A DNA stretch of 25,667 nt, taken from Anaerolineae bacterium (lineage in GTDB: Bacteria; Chloroflexota; Anaerolineae; JAAYZQ01). The notes under the pieces were generated by a model. It made no database searches. It was not told the origin of the DNA and saw only the letters and a program-made list of their open reading frames with translations. The stretch spans positions 1-25,667 of the forward strand of contig DATHUZ010000505.1 in NCBI GenBank assembly GCA_035461725.1, in the 5' to 3' direction. Made by a program: the position numbers and the translations under genes. Position 1 is the first letter of the stretch. Each line of letters opens with the position of its first letter. Shown here one piece after another: positions 16,047-25,483 of this stretch.

Positions 16047-16814
16047 ATGGACAAGCGCTTGATCATCCTTGCTGCCATGGCGATGGGCCTGGTGCTGCTG
16101 GCTTGCTCGGCGAGCGACCTGGCGCCACGCCCGATCGCGCGCGCCACGGCCGAACCGACGCGCACACTGCGCCCGACGTTTACGCCTACCAACACGCCGA
16201 CGAGCACCGATGTGCCGACAGCCACTCCGACTCCCACCAGCACCTCGACACCCACGCCGCGACCTACCAACACGCCGCTGCCGACAGATACGCCGCTGCC
16301 GACGGACACGCCAAGCCCGTCGCCGACGTCGCCACCCACAGACACCCCGTCGCCAACGGTGCCACCGACCGCTACCCGCCGCCCGACTGCCCGCCCGCCC
16401 AGCCCGCCGACCGCCACGCCGCGGCCCCAACCAACCAGGACCCCAGCCCCAGCGTTTACGGGAACCGTGGTGAAGGGATTCGCGCGCTGCGATGGCTATC
16501 GCGGGATCGAGGGCCACGTGAAACATGGGAACGGGTCGGGCTTTGGGGGCGTGTCGATCGGGGTCTGGTCGGACACGTGGGTGGGCATCGTGACCCAATC
16601 GGAGGCGGATGGCAAGTATACCTTTAACCTGAGCAACCTGCCGCCGGGCACGTTCAGAGTGGCGGTCGTCCGACCCGAAAGCTGTGCGATGCAGGACGTG
16701 CTGACTGCATTCCAGTGCACCTACCTGTCGGCGCCGGTACAGATCGCGATCACCGAGAACTGCACGGGCGCGGGGGCGAGCCAGGTGACTGTGCTCGACT
16801 TTACAGGGCCATAG
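16047..16814 (+). CDS. Lipoprotein with Pro/Thr-rich linker and C-terminal beta-sandwich (carboxypeptidase-regulatory/CnaB-like) domain, 255 aa
   Basis: MDKRLIILAAMAMGLVLLA-C lipobox; about 100 aa of PT-rich linker; C-terminal I.G.V....G.....V.I......G.Y.F..L.PGTF.V.V pattern with four Cys. The exact start is uncertain. Confidence 0.8.
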   Translation: MDKRLIILAAMAMGLVLLACSASDLAPRPIARATAEPTRTLRPTFTPTNTPTSTDVPTATPTPTSTSTPTPRPTNTPLPTDTPLPTDTPSPSPTSPPTDTPSPTVPPTATRRPTARPPSPPTATPRPQPTRTPAPAFTGTVVKGFARCDGYRGIEGHVKHGNGSGFGGVSIGVWSDTWVGIVTQSEADGKYTFNLSNLPPGTFRVAVVRPESCAMQDVLTAFQCTYLSAPVQIAITENCTGAGASQVTVLDFTGP

Positions 16815-16831
16815 CAGAGCCGGTGCCGGGA

Positions 16832-16864
16832 CTGCCTTCTGGCATAGGGTATGCCGGGTGGCAG
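16832..16864 (+). other. Intergenic stem-loop between the two lipoprotein genes (no U-tract)
   Basis: ctgcc..ggcata-ggg-tatgcc..ggcag imperfect hairpin; could be an mRNA stabiliser or a weak terminator. Confidence 0.4.
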
Positions 16865-16995
16865 GCTATAAGGAACCGGCGGCCGGGAGAAAGCCAAAGC
16901 GGAACCGGTTGGGAGCGGCAAGCGTCCTAGATGCAGGCTGGGCCTGTCTCCGGCTGTCATCGTTTGCTTCAGCGGTGTGTGTGTGGAGGCTTGGA

Positions 16996-19900
16996 ATGCG
17001 CTGGCCGAGATCGCTGCAACTGCTGTTGGTTGTCCTTCTCTTCGCCGCCTGTGCGGAAAAAGCGGCGCCGATGCCTGTGGCTACAAGTCTCGCAACCGCG
17101 ACACCCGTGACCGGGTCTCGTATGGCGTCGATCCCGACAGAGGTCACGAAGCGTACATCCACCTCGACGGCTGCCCCTACCCGTCGCACCGAACCGACGA
17201 GACGGCCCGCCTCGCCAACCGCTACCAGGGTGGCGCGCGTCGACAGAGCCTGGCCCAGGCCTCTGGCCGCGCTCGACCTGGGTGTGCCCGCCGGCAACAG
17301 CTACGGGCCACGTGCGGTCGTGATTCATCCTGACCTACGCCGCCTGTACGTACGGACTCGACCGCCGGTTGCCTATGGGAATGAACCGGGAACCATAACC
17401 GTCATCGATCTCGAGACAGAACAGGTGCTGGACGTGGTCGCGACCGGTCCCGATGGTTACGCCGATGGCGATCTGATCATCGACAGCGTGCGCGACAGAG
17501 TGTACGCCCTCAACCCCGGAGACACGACGGCGACGGTTCTCGACGCCGGCACGCTGGAGACGGTGCGCACGATCGAGGGCGTCGACCGGCTGGCCGTGGA
17601 CGAGGACGCGGGGACGGTCTATATCGCCGGCCCCGTCAGCCTGCGTGCGCTGGATGCCGAGACGCTCACGCTCGCCGGCGATAGAGCGCTCGAAGCGTCT
17701 CGCTCGCTAGCGCTCGAGGTGGATCCGGCCGGCGGTCGTCTCTACCTGACGCACGAACAAATGGGCGGCGGCTATGCGCTGACCGTTTTCGATGCCGCCA
17801 CCCTCGACCGGCTCACGACCGTAGCCCTGCCCGGCGGGCCCGACGATCTGGTCGTGGCCGCCGACCGGCAACAGGTGTTTGTTACCTTTAACGACGGGGA
17901 GCATAATCTTTTGTGGGTGCTCGATGCCGACGGTAGCGTGCTGGAAGAGTCGACGCTGGGCGAGTGGACGCAGCACACGTACCTGGCCCTCGATGCCGCC
18001 GGGGGGCGGCTGTTTCTCTCGCAGGATGCCTACAACAAGGAAGGGGTGTTGGTGCGCGATCTGGGGACAGGCAGGATGGAGCGCCTGGTGGACCTGGAGC
18101 ACGCGCCGGGCCGCCTGGCGTGGGACCCGACCGGCGGGCGCCTGTTTGCCAGCCTGACGTACGCAGACCGTCTCGCCGCCATCGATCCACGAACGGGCGA
18201 GGTGAGCGGTGTGCTGCCGACGGCGGTGACGCTGGTGGACGTGGAGGTCGATCCGGAGCGGGGACATCTGCTGATAACGGACAGTGCGGGGCGGCTGCAC
18301 GTGCTAGAAAGTGACGGGAGCCGCGAGGTGGCGCTGCTGGAGGGCGAGGGCGAGATCGCGGTCGACGGCCGCAACGGCCGGTACTATACGGGAGGAGGGG
18401 GTGCGCGGCAGGTGCGCATCGTGGACGCGGATGCGCTCGAGCTGACCGGCACGATCGACACCCGCGCCGTGCCCGTCGCCGACCCGTATCACGACGATAC
18501 TCTTTACCTCGTGCGCAATGGCGTTTATGTAGCGAGCCTCGAGACGCTGACGATCACGATGGCGATCTCGGACACGCTGCCGCAGAGCCCGGGTTTTTCG
18601 CCGAATCCGGCGGCGGTGGGGGCGCTGGTCGATCCAGACAGTGGACAACTGCTCGTCCTGATCAACAACGGGATTCCGGGCTCGAACAATGGCAACTATT
18701 TGCACGTGTATGAGCCGGACAGCTATGAGCGGATATTCGAGGATTTCGAGCGCAGCCCGGTCTATCTCGACGTGGACCCAACGAGCGACCGCGCCTACGT
18801 GGCGCGCATCCGAATGGACAAACGCTCGGTCAGCCAACTGGTGAATGGGCGCGAGTACGCGGACCGCATCGACGGGCTGTTCGGCCCCCTGTACGTCGAT
18901 CCAGGCCTGGGCCTCGTTTACCTGAGCACCACCGACGAGAACGAGGGGCACCTGGTGCTGATCGACGGCGCCAACCTGAATGTGGTGGGCAGTGTGCCGA
19001 TCGCGGGCGGGTTTTCGCTGCGCGCGCTGGACACGTCGCGCCACCTCCTCTACCTGGCGACGAGGGATGGGCAGCTGGAGATCTGGGCGGCGACGGGTGG
19101 TGATCGGCCGGAGGATGCACCCCCGGTGCGGGCACCGCTGTCGGTGGATCCGGGCGCGCGGCTACACGTCGCGCCCGGCACCGATTCGGTCTTGGCCGGC
19201 AGCCTCTACCGGTCCGACGATGAGGGACGCACCTGGCACTTTCTCGGGACCGGCCTGCCGGCGGGCGGGGTGGGCCACCTCGCCGTGTCACCCGCTTTCG
19301 ACGACGACGGCACGCTGTTCGCGGCGCAGGCAGTGGGCAGCCGTGGCAACCTCGGCGTCTGGAAGTCGGATACAGGGGGCCGCACCTGGCGCATGGCGAA
19401 CAACGGTCTCGACGACCTGTCCATCGTCGATCTGGCCATCTCGCCTGCTTTTCCCGGCGACGGCACGCTGTTTGCGCTGACGCGAGACCAGGGCCTTTTC
19501 CGGTCGACGGATGGCGGTGAGGCGTGGGAGCCGCTGGCCGACCGCTACCTGCCGGCCGATGCCGGCTCCGACTCGCCCAGGTTGATCGCCATATCGCCGA
19601 CGTATCGAGACGATCAGACGCTCTACGTGGCCCACCAGGGCCTGCACCGCGCAACCGACGGGGGTGAGACATGGACCCAGGTGGTGGATACAGGGGCAGA
19701 GGCGCTGGCCCTGGCGCCCGACTATGCGACGAGCCACACGCTGTATGGCTGGTTCGGGCACGCGGGCTTGCTCCGCTCGGGGGATGGGGGTGACAACTGG
19801 CAGCCGGTCAGCGCCGGGCTGTTGATCGAAGGTTACGGTGTCCCTCGCCTGTTTCTGCCGGCAAGCAGCATCGGCGGCAACACGGTCTACTTCTTGTGGG

Positions 19901-21918
19901 AGACTCACACACCGGGTGAGAGGCCGCAGATCTGGCGCTCAACAGACGCGGGCGAGACGTGGCAGCGCCTGGTTGGGGCCGTGCCGGAGCCGCTCACGCG
20001 CCTGGAGCTGGCACCCGATGGCGCGGCATTCGTGGGCCTGGACGAGATGGGGCGCGTCAGGCGCTGGCCGGTGGCGGATATGGCCTGGGAGGTGCCGGCG
20101 CTGCCCCCGCTGGCAGAGATCCAGTTCGACCGCATCGCGCTGCCACCAAACTTTCGTGGCGATGTAGAGACGGCGTCGACACAGCGTGTGCTCTATGGCG
20201 TGAGCCAGATGGCGGGCGTGCTCTTTTCGCCTGACGCGGGCCTCACCTGGACGGCCACGGGCTACCCTCATCGCCACCTGTTCGGGGCGCTCGACGCGCT
20301 GCTCGCGCTGCCGTCGGGCGAGGCGCTGGCGGCCACACAGATGGGCCTGTACCGCTACGATCCGGCGCGGGGGTGGGCGGTCGTCGAAGGAGGGCTGCCG
20401 GCGGGCGGCGCAGTGACAGGGCTGGAGAGGGGAGAAGATGGCGCGCTGCGCCTGCTCGGGGAGAAGGGCGAAGAGCTGTCGATCTATATGTCCGTCGACG
20501 AAGGCCATACCTGGACCGAGCCGCTGCCGCCGCTGCCGGTACCCGCGGTCGCGGACGACTGGATCTTTTCGCCGGCTTTTTCCACGGACCGGACGGCGTT
20601 CCTGGCGGTGTCGCAGGGCAGGCCGTTACGCAGCAGAGGCGGCGGAGCGTGGGAAGAGGTGGGCCCCCCCGGTGACTGGTACCTGTCGGCCCTGGACGTA
20701 TCGCCGGCGCTCGACCAGGACGGTCTGGTCTTGATGCGCACAGACACCAATGTATTGTGGCGGTCTCTTGACCTGGGCGATACATGGCAGCAGATCGGTG
20801 GAGCGTGGCCCGCGGACGTGGCACCGACGGGTATCGCCCAGGGATCGGGCTACCGGCTGCCGGCGCTGACCTTCTCGCCCGATTTTGGCACCGATCGTGT
20901 GGCCTTGACGAGGGCGGGAGGTACCCTCTACCGCTCGGCGGATGGAGGAGAGACGTGGACGGCCGTGCTGACCCTGGCTCCGGGGATGGTACATACCGCT
21001 TTTTCGCCCGCCTATGAGGCGGATGGGGTCATCTACCTGGTGCAGGGGGAAACCGTGTACCGCTCTGCAGATCGGGGCGCCTCGTGGCAGGAACTGCCAG
21101 GGGCAGCGTGGAGCGCCTTCGAGGAGATGCAGATCGAGATCTCGCCCACTTTTGCGCGGGCTCGAACGCTGCTCGCCTGGAACCTGGGGGGACTGGTCTA
21201 CCTTTCGGACGACGCGGGTGGCTCGTGGCGCGCTGCCTCAGCAGGGCTGCCGCCCAACGGCCTCCGGCAGGTGACCTTCTCACCGGCCCATGCTGACGAC
21301 GGCCTGATCTATGCCGCGCCTTACCAGGGGGGCATCTACCGCTATGCGGGTGACGGTGCCTGGGTGCTCGCCACGCAGGCGACGGGCAGACCACGCGCCG
21401 CGCCGGCACCCACTGCCACGCCGCCCCGTCCTCCCGCTGTGGCGCCGACTCTCGCGCCCACGCCGCAGTGCGAGGTAACACCGGAGCGGTTTGCCGACCT
21501 GTGGCAGGTGCAGGCCGCCAGACTCGGCTGTCCTGTGGAGCCAGAGCGGCAGTTGACGCTCGCCGTACAGGCATTCGAGCACGGGCTCATGATCTGGGAC
21601 TCGGAAGAGCGGGCGATTTATGTGCTGCTTGACGGCGGCACGTGGCAGGCGCTCGAAGACAGGTGGCAGGAGGGGGTGGACCCGGCTTACGATCCCGATC
21701 TGCCGCCACCGCCTCGCCAGCCACAGCGCGGCTTTGGCAAGGTGTGGCGCGAGGCCCTCGGTGGACCCGACGCGCAGATCGGCTGGGCCGTGGAGGTCGA
21801 ACGGGCCGTCGCCGGCTGGCAGCAAGGGTTCGAGCGCGGCCGCCTGTACTGGACCGACATGGCAGGTGGGACCGTCTTTTTGCTGTACGACGATGGAAGC
21901 TGGCAATCGATCAAGTAA
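16996..21918 (+). CDS. Large surface lipoprotein: YVTN/YncE-like propellers + BNR/Asp-box propellers + LGFP-like C-terminal domain, 1640 aa
   Basis: SD GGAGG, then MRWPRSLQLLLVVLLFAA-C lipobox; S/T/P linker; YVTN-like blades; about 12 SxDxGxTW Asp-boxes; second PT linker; C-terminal Q.FEHG.MIW...QRGFGKVW...IGWA...Q.FERG.L.W. The ORF-track start at 16858 is an over-extension. Confidence 0.88.
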   Translation: MRWPRSLQLLLVVLLFAACAEKAAPMPVATSLATATPVTGSRMASIPTEVTKRTSTSTAAPTRRTEPTRRPASPTATRVARVDRAWPRPLAALDLGVPAGNSYGPRAVVIHPDLRRLYVRTRPPVAYGNEPGTITVIDLETEQVLDVVATGPDGYADGDLIIDSVRDRVYALNPGDTTATVLDAGTLETVRTIEGVDRLAVDEDAGTVYIAGPVSLRALDAETLTLAGDRALEASRSLALEVDPAGGRLYLTHEQMGGGYALTVFDAATLDRLTTVALPGGPDDLVVAADRQQVFVTFNDGEHNLLWVLDADGSVLEESTLGEWTQHTYLALDAAGGRLFLSQDAYNKEGVLVRDLGTGRMERLVDLEHAPGRLAWDPTGGRLFASLTYADRLAAIDPRTGEVSGVLPTAVTLVDVEVDPERGHLLITDSAGRLHVLESDGSREVALLEGEGEIAVDGRNGRYYTGGGGARQVRIVDADALELTGTIDTRAVPVADPYHDDTLYLVRNGVYVASLETLTITMAISDTLPQSPGFSPNPAAVGALVDPDSGQLLVLINNGIPGSNNGNYLHVYEPDSYERIFEDFERSPVYLDVDPTSDRAYVARIRMDKRSVSQLVNGREYADRIDGLFGPLYVDPGLGLVYLSTTDENEGHLVLIDGANLNVVGSVPIAGGFSLRALDTSRHLLYLATRDGQLEIWAATGGDRPEDAPPVRAPLSVDPGARLHVAPGTDSVLAGSLYRSDDEGRTWHFLGTGLPAGGVGHLAVSPAFDDDGTLFAAQAVGSRGNLGVWKSDTGGRTWRMANNGLDDLSIVDLAISPAFPGDGTLFALTRDQGLFRSTDGGEAWEPLADRYLPADAGSDSPRLIAISPTYRDDQTLYVAHQGLHRATDGGETWTQVVDTGAEALALAPDYATSHTLYGWFGHAGLLRSGDGGDNWQPVSAGLLIEGYGVPRLFLPASSIGGNTVYFLWETHTPGERPQIWRSTDAGETWQRLVGAVPEPLTRLELAPDGAAFVGLDEMGRVRRWPVADMAWEVPALPPLAEIQFDRIALPPNFRGDVETASTQRVLYGVSQMAGVLFSPDAGLTWTATGYPHRHLFGALDALLALPSGEALAATQMGLYRYDPARGWAVVEGGLPAGGAVTGLERGEDGALRLLGEKGEELSIYMSVDEGHTWTEPLPPLPVPAVADDWIFSPAFSTDRTAFLAVSQGRPLRSRGGGAWEEVGPPGDWYLSALDVSPALDQDGLVLMRTDTNVLWRSLDLGDTWQQIGGAWPADVAPTGIAQGSGYRLPALTFSPDFGTDRVALTRAGGTLYRSADGGETWTAVLTLAPGMVHTAFSPAYEADGVIYLVQGETVYRSADRGASWQELPGAAWSAFEEMQIEISPTFARARTLLAWNLGGLVYLSDDAGGSWRAASAGLPPNGLRQVTFSPAHADDGLIYAAPYQGGIYRYAGDGAWVLATQATGRPRAAPAPTATPPRPPAVAPTLAPTPQCEVTPERFADLWQVQAARLGCPVEPERQLTLAVQAFEHGLMIWDSEERAIYVLLDGGTWQALEDRWQEGVDPAYDPDLPPPPRQPQRGFGKVWREALGGPDAQIGWAVEVERAVAGWQQGFERGRLYWTDMAGGTVFLLYDDGSWQSIK

Positions 21919-21925
21919 CAAGGAA

Positions 21926-21953
21926 CAGGCAGCAAGCGTTTGCCTGCTGCCTG
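21926..21953. terminator. Hairpin between convergent genes (probable bidirectional terminator)
   Basis: caggcagca (21926-21934) / tgctgcctg (21945-21953), flanked by aacaa and ttgtt. Confidence 0.6.
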
Positions 21954-21970
21954 CTCGTTGTTACTGAATG

Positions 21971-22612
21971 CTAACTATTCTTTTTTCCGGTCTCGTTCGT
22001 GGGCACGAGCAAGAAGCTGCACGCGCCCTCACCGTGGCGCATGCTGGTCAGGCGCCGGGGCTCGACATCCAGCAAGGTGCGGATCAGCTCGGTGTCGAGG
22101 ACGCACACCTCGTCGTGCTGGCGCGATACCTGGCGGTAGGGGCAGTTGACGTTGGTGATCACATACCCGTCGTCGGTCTCTTCCCACCGGCTCAAAAAGC
22201 CCTGCTCCTCGAGGAACTCGGACACCTGCTCCAACCGGTCCTCGAAACTCTGCCCCTCCTCCCGGGGCGGCGCCTCGCTGGCGACCCTTTCTGCCATTCT
22301 GCGGAAAATGGCATCCGTCTCTTCATTGCTCACCAGCTCCTTGACCTCGCTCAGGAGGTGCCTGGCGAGCTCGCCGTAACCGTGAGGAAAGAGATCGTCG
22401 GCCGCGTCGGTGAGAGTATAGACCAAGCGCGGCCGCCCAACACGCTTGGAGCGGCGCACCTTGTTGGCCACTACCAGGTTCTGCGCCTGTAGCACGTTGA
22501 GGTGGTGACGGATCGTCATCGGCGTCAGCTCGAGGCGCTCGGCAAGGTCCTCCACCGTTGCCTGCTTGTCCTCACGCAGTATGTTCAGTATTTCTTGGCG
22601 AGTGCTTTGCAT
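21971..22612 (-). CDS. SufR-like (ArsR-type HTH) transcriptional regulator with C-terminal Cys ligands, 213 aa
   Basis: N-terminal HTH (TVEDLAERLELTPMTIRHHLNVL), GRPR..Y.LT, FP.GY.EL; C-terminal NCPY...VC...C triad typical of SufR-family proteins. Confidence 0.8.
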   Translation of the reverse strand: MQSTRQEILNILREDKQATVEDLAERLELTPMTIRHHLNVLQAQNLVVANKVRRSKRVGRPRLVYTLTDAADDLFPHGYGELARHLLSEVKELVSNEETDAIFRRMAERVASEAPPREEGQSFEDRLEQVSEFLEEQGFLSRWEETDDGYVITNVNCPYRQVSRQHDEVCVLDTELIRTLLDVEPRRLTSMRHGEGACSFLLVPTNETGKKNS

Positions 22613-22701
22613 CTTTTTCCTTCCTTTACCAGGCAGCCGATCTCACTCATCGGATCTGCTTCGATATTCGCATCATTGCGCCTGCCGATACCTACAGAAG
22701 C

Positions 22702-22730
22702 ATTATAGCACAGGAGGTCAGATTTGTCAA
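22702..22730 (-). promoter_or_regulatory. Perfect-consensus sigma-70 promoter of the SufR-like gene
   Basis: Minus strand TTGACA (22730-22725), 17-nt spacer, TGn-TATAAT (22707-22702), AT-rich upstream. Confidence 0.85.
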
Positions 22731-22772
22731 TTTGTTATTATATTTATGAGCGAGGCGATAGCGAGGAAACTC

Positions 22773-23627
22773 TCACCTTACCCGCTCCGTCCAGTCCAAC
22801 GAGGCATAGCGCGCCTGGTGCAACGCGACGGCTGTCTGTCGCTCGCGAGGGGTCAGGCTACACTGTTCGAGCTCGAGGTTGAGTACCTGGCCAAATCCCG
22901 CAGCCAGGCAAGTGGCAGCCTCGAGGAAGGGAACAGGCCGGCGCAGAGCTTCGTGCAGCGTCAGGGCGCGCGAACGGAGACAGGTGCACTCGAGCTCGCG
23001 TGCAGCCTCGTCAAGCGCGAGGTAGTGGACGATGCGCCCCAGGTCGCCGTATAGAGGGAGCGTGCCATGCTGGAGCACGCCACCGCGCGCCCGCCATTGG
23101 GCACTGCCCACGAGCTTGCGGTCACCGACTGTGATCTCGTACTGAGATGGCGTTTCGAAGCAGATCGCGGTGAGGCTGGCTTGCTCGGGCCGGCGCCCGG
23201 CCGCCTGGACGGCCATTGCGCCGAGGCGCTCCAGTCCGGCGAGCAGGCCGGCGCTCAGGCGGCGATAGCCATCCACCACCCCATCGCCCGCCCTGGGATC
23301 GGCCGCGGGCAGCGCAACCGAGTAGGTGAGCTCGTCGGTGTGGAGGATGGCCCGCCCACCGGACGGACGGCGTACCACGCCGATGCCACCGACGCGGCAC
23401 GCTGCCAGGTCAACGTCGGCGAGAGGCTGGCTGCGACCGAGGCTGAGGCAGGGAGGCGCCCATTGGTAGAAGCGGATCGTCGGCAGGCTATCGCCCGCCA
23501 CCACCGCTTCGAGGATGGCCTCGTCGATGGCCATGTTGGTGGCGCCATCCGCTTCGGCGTCGACCAGTAGCCGCCACCTGGCGCGGGGGTAAGAGCCTGC
23601 GCCGGGATCCACGCTATCAGCAGCCAT
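22773..23627 (-). CDS. lipM: Lipoate-protein ligase family protein, LipM/octanoyltransferase-like (catalytic domain only), 284 aa
   Basis: NMAIDEAIL, RFYQW.PP.LSLGRSQ, RRPSGGRAILH..ELTYSV, CF.TPS.YEI....RKLVGSAQ.R...VLQHG; no C-terminal LplB domain. ATG at 23627 overlaps the proC end. Confidence 0.8.
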   Translation of the reverse strand: MAADSVDPGAGSYPRARWRLLVDAEADGATNMAIDEAILEAVVAGDSLPTIRFYQWAPPCLSLGRSQPLADVDLAACRVGGIGVVRRPSGGRAILHTDELTYSVALPAADPRAGDGVVDGYRRLSAGLLAGLERLGAMAVQAAGRRPEQASLTAICFETPSQYEITVGDRKLVGSAQWRARGGVLQHGTLPLYGDLGRIVHYLALDEAARELECTCLRSRALTLHEALRRPVPFLEAATCLAAGFGQVLNLELEQCSLTPRERQTAVALHQARYASLDWTERVR

Positions 23628-24459
23628 CACCGCCCTTTTCCTGTGCCTGGCTGCCCAGGGTGCGCGAGCGCTGGTATGCCGCCCAGATGGCGCGCGACAG
23701 GACGGTGCGCAGCCCGCCTTTCTCGAGGTGGTAGAGCGCCTCGGCCGACGTGCCACCGGGCGACGTCACCTGGTTGCGGAGCGCGGCCAGGTGCCGGGGC
23801 GACTGGCGTGCGTACTCGACACTGCCACGCAACGTCTCGATCACCAGTCGCTCGGAGACGTGGCGCGAAAAGCCGAGGTGGACGCCCGCATCGACCATCG
23901 CTTCCATCAAGAGAAAGACGTAGGCCGGCCCCGTGCCGCTGAGCGCCGTCGCCATGTCGAGGTAGCCCTCATCGTCGACGTACACCTCTTCGCCCAGGGC
24001 ACCCAGAATGGCGAGTGCCTGCGCTCGCTGCCCCTGGCTGGTCGCTTCGGTTGCCGTCCACACGGAGATGCCCATGCCGATTTGTGCCGGCGTGTTGGGC
24101 ATCACGCGCACGATCGACGCGACGTCGAGGGCGCGCTCGATGGTCGACATGTGTGCGCCGGCCACGATCGAAAGGAGGAGTGCATCTGGCACGACGTGGC
24201 CCGCGAGCTCGCGCAGCACGCCACACAGCACCTGCGGCTTGACCGACAGGACGACGAGGTCCGCCTCGCGCACTGCCTCGACGTTGTGCGTGGTGGTGTG
24301 CACGCCATAGCGGTCAAAGAGCTCCTGCCCACGCTCGGCACGCGGCCCACCGGCCACGATCTGATCCGGCGCCACCATGCCTTCGCGCAGCAAGCCCTTG
24401 ATCATGGCCTCGGCCATAATGCCGCTGCCTACAAATGAAATGCGAACGCCACTCAACAT
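23617..24459 (-). CDS. proC: Pyrroline-5-carboxylate reductase
   Basis: GSGIMAEA Rossmann motif, LSVKPQ, RVMPNTPA, ATALSGTGPAY, VTSPGGTS. Confidence 0.95.
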   Translation of the reverse strand: MLSGVRISFVGSGIMAEAMIKGLLREGMVAPDQIVAGGPRAERGQELFDRYGVHTTTHNVEAVREADLVVLSVKPQVLCGVLRELAGHVVPDALLLSIVAGAHMSTIERALDVASIVRVMPNTPAQIGMGISVWTATEATSQGQRAQALAILGALGEEVYVDDEGYLDMATALSGTGPAYVFLLMEAMVDAGVHLGFSRHVSERLVIETLRGSVEYARQSPRHLAALRNQVTSPGGTSAEALYHLEKGGLRTVLSRAIWAAYQRSRTLGSQAQEKGGDGC

Positions 24460-25430
24460 CGCGTTTCCACCTCCATCTCTCGCACAGCGCGCTCAGCCTC
24501 TTCCTCGGTCAATGGCAGCGGGTAGTTGTACATGGTGCCGCCGGGCTGCTCGTTGTAGAAGGGACGGTTGCAGTCGGGGCAGCCGGAGGTGCGAAAGGGG
24601 TCACCGCCGGGCGGGGTCTCGCCGGCAAACCGGGTTCCAAAAGAGAGCAGCCTGCCCTCCGTGTCGAAGGCCATTTCTTCCGCACGTACCACGTTGTGAG
24701 TTACCAGCCAGCGCGCCATCTGCATGCGCCGGTACGTGGACAGGGGGGGCGGCGTGCGGTCCGCGAGGTGAGTGCCGCGCACAGGGGTGAAGGCGAAAAG
24801 GCCCACCGTCACACCCAGGTCGTGGGCCCACTGGATGCGCTCGACCATCTCGGCTTCGGTCTCACCGAGGCCGACGATCAGGTGGACCGCGGCGTGGCCC
24901 GGAAACTCGCCGGCCACCGCTTCGATGAGCGCTACAGAACGATCCCAGCTTCCGGTCTTGGTGTTGCGGAAGACGCGATCGCAGGCGGCGTCGAGGCCAA
25001 AGCCGACGTGGTCGGCGCCTGCTGCGACCAGCCGGCGCACCTCGTCCAGACTGCGGGGCAGGATGGCTACGTCGAACGGTACGTCACACACGGTGCGTAC
25101 TGTCTGGAGCACGGTCAGAGCCTGCAAGAACGCGTCGTCGCTAAAGGTGACCTGCAGGCAAGCGCGGCGGAGTGTCCCGTGTTCGACCGCTTCCGCCAGC
25201 GCCGCTGCCACACGGTCGAGCCTGAAGGAGGGCCAGGTGACGCGAGACAACTTTTGCGCAGATGCATGACTGTCACGCGCCTGCGTGCAAAAGGCACAAT
25301 TCATGAGGCAGCGGCCGCCAAGCATCAGGTAGGCTGTGGTCGGCGCCGCTTCCATCGTCACGCTCGCCAGACCCAGTACCCCGGCGGTGCCGATCGAGAC
25401 CTGCACAGATTCGACTTCTTTCGTCATCAT
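24453..25430 (-). CDS. lipS2: Radical SAM protein of LipS2 type (biotin-synthase-like lipoyl synthase subunit), 325 aa
   Basis: CLMNCAFC (CxxxCxxC); C-terminal TSGCPDCNRP matches the TxGCPxC(N/D)RP motif described for LipS2; same operon as a lipoate ligase-family gene. Confidence 0.8.
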   Translation of the reverse strand: MMTKEVESVQVSIGTAGVLGLASVTMEAAPTTAYLMLGGRCLMNCAFCTQARDSHASAQKLSRVTWPSFRLDRVAAALAEAVEHGTLRRACLQVTFSDDAFLQALTVLQTVRTVCDVPFDVAILPRSLDEVRRLVAAGADHVGFGLDAACDRVFRNTKTGSWDRSVALIEAVAGEFPGHAAVHLIVGLGETEAEMVERIQWAHDLGVTVGLFAFTPVRGTHLADRTPPPLSTYRRMQMARWLVTHNVVRAEEMAFDTEGRLLSFGTRFAGETPPGGDPFRTSGCPDCNRPFYNEQPGGTMYNYPLPLTEEEAERAVREMEVETRC

Positions 25431-25483
25431 GTATCTCTACTCGCTCACTCCAGAGCGCTCGTTCCCTTTCGACAAGCCGGCCC

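Noticed and set aside
16180-16450. CRISPR-like or VNTR array in the Pro/Thr-coding stretch
   Set aside because: The repeats are short, degenerate and in frame, encoding a PT linker; there is no constant repeat-spacer structure and no cas genes.
16815-16995. Riboswitch (c-di-GMP, TPP or similar) in the lipoprotein intergenic region
   Set aside because: It contains GAAA/AAAGC-like pieces and a hairpin, but I could not fit any consensus by eye. An Rfam cmscan would settle it.
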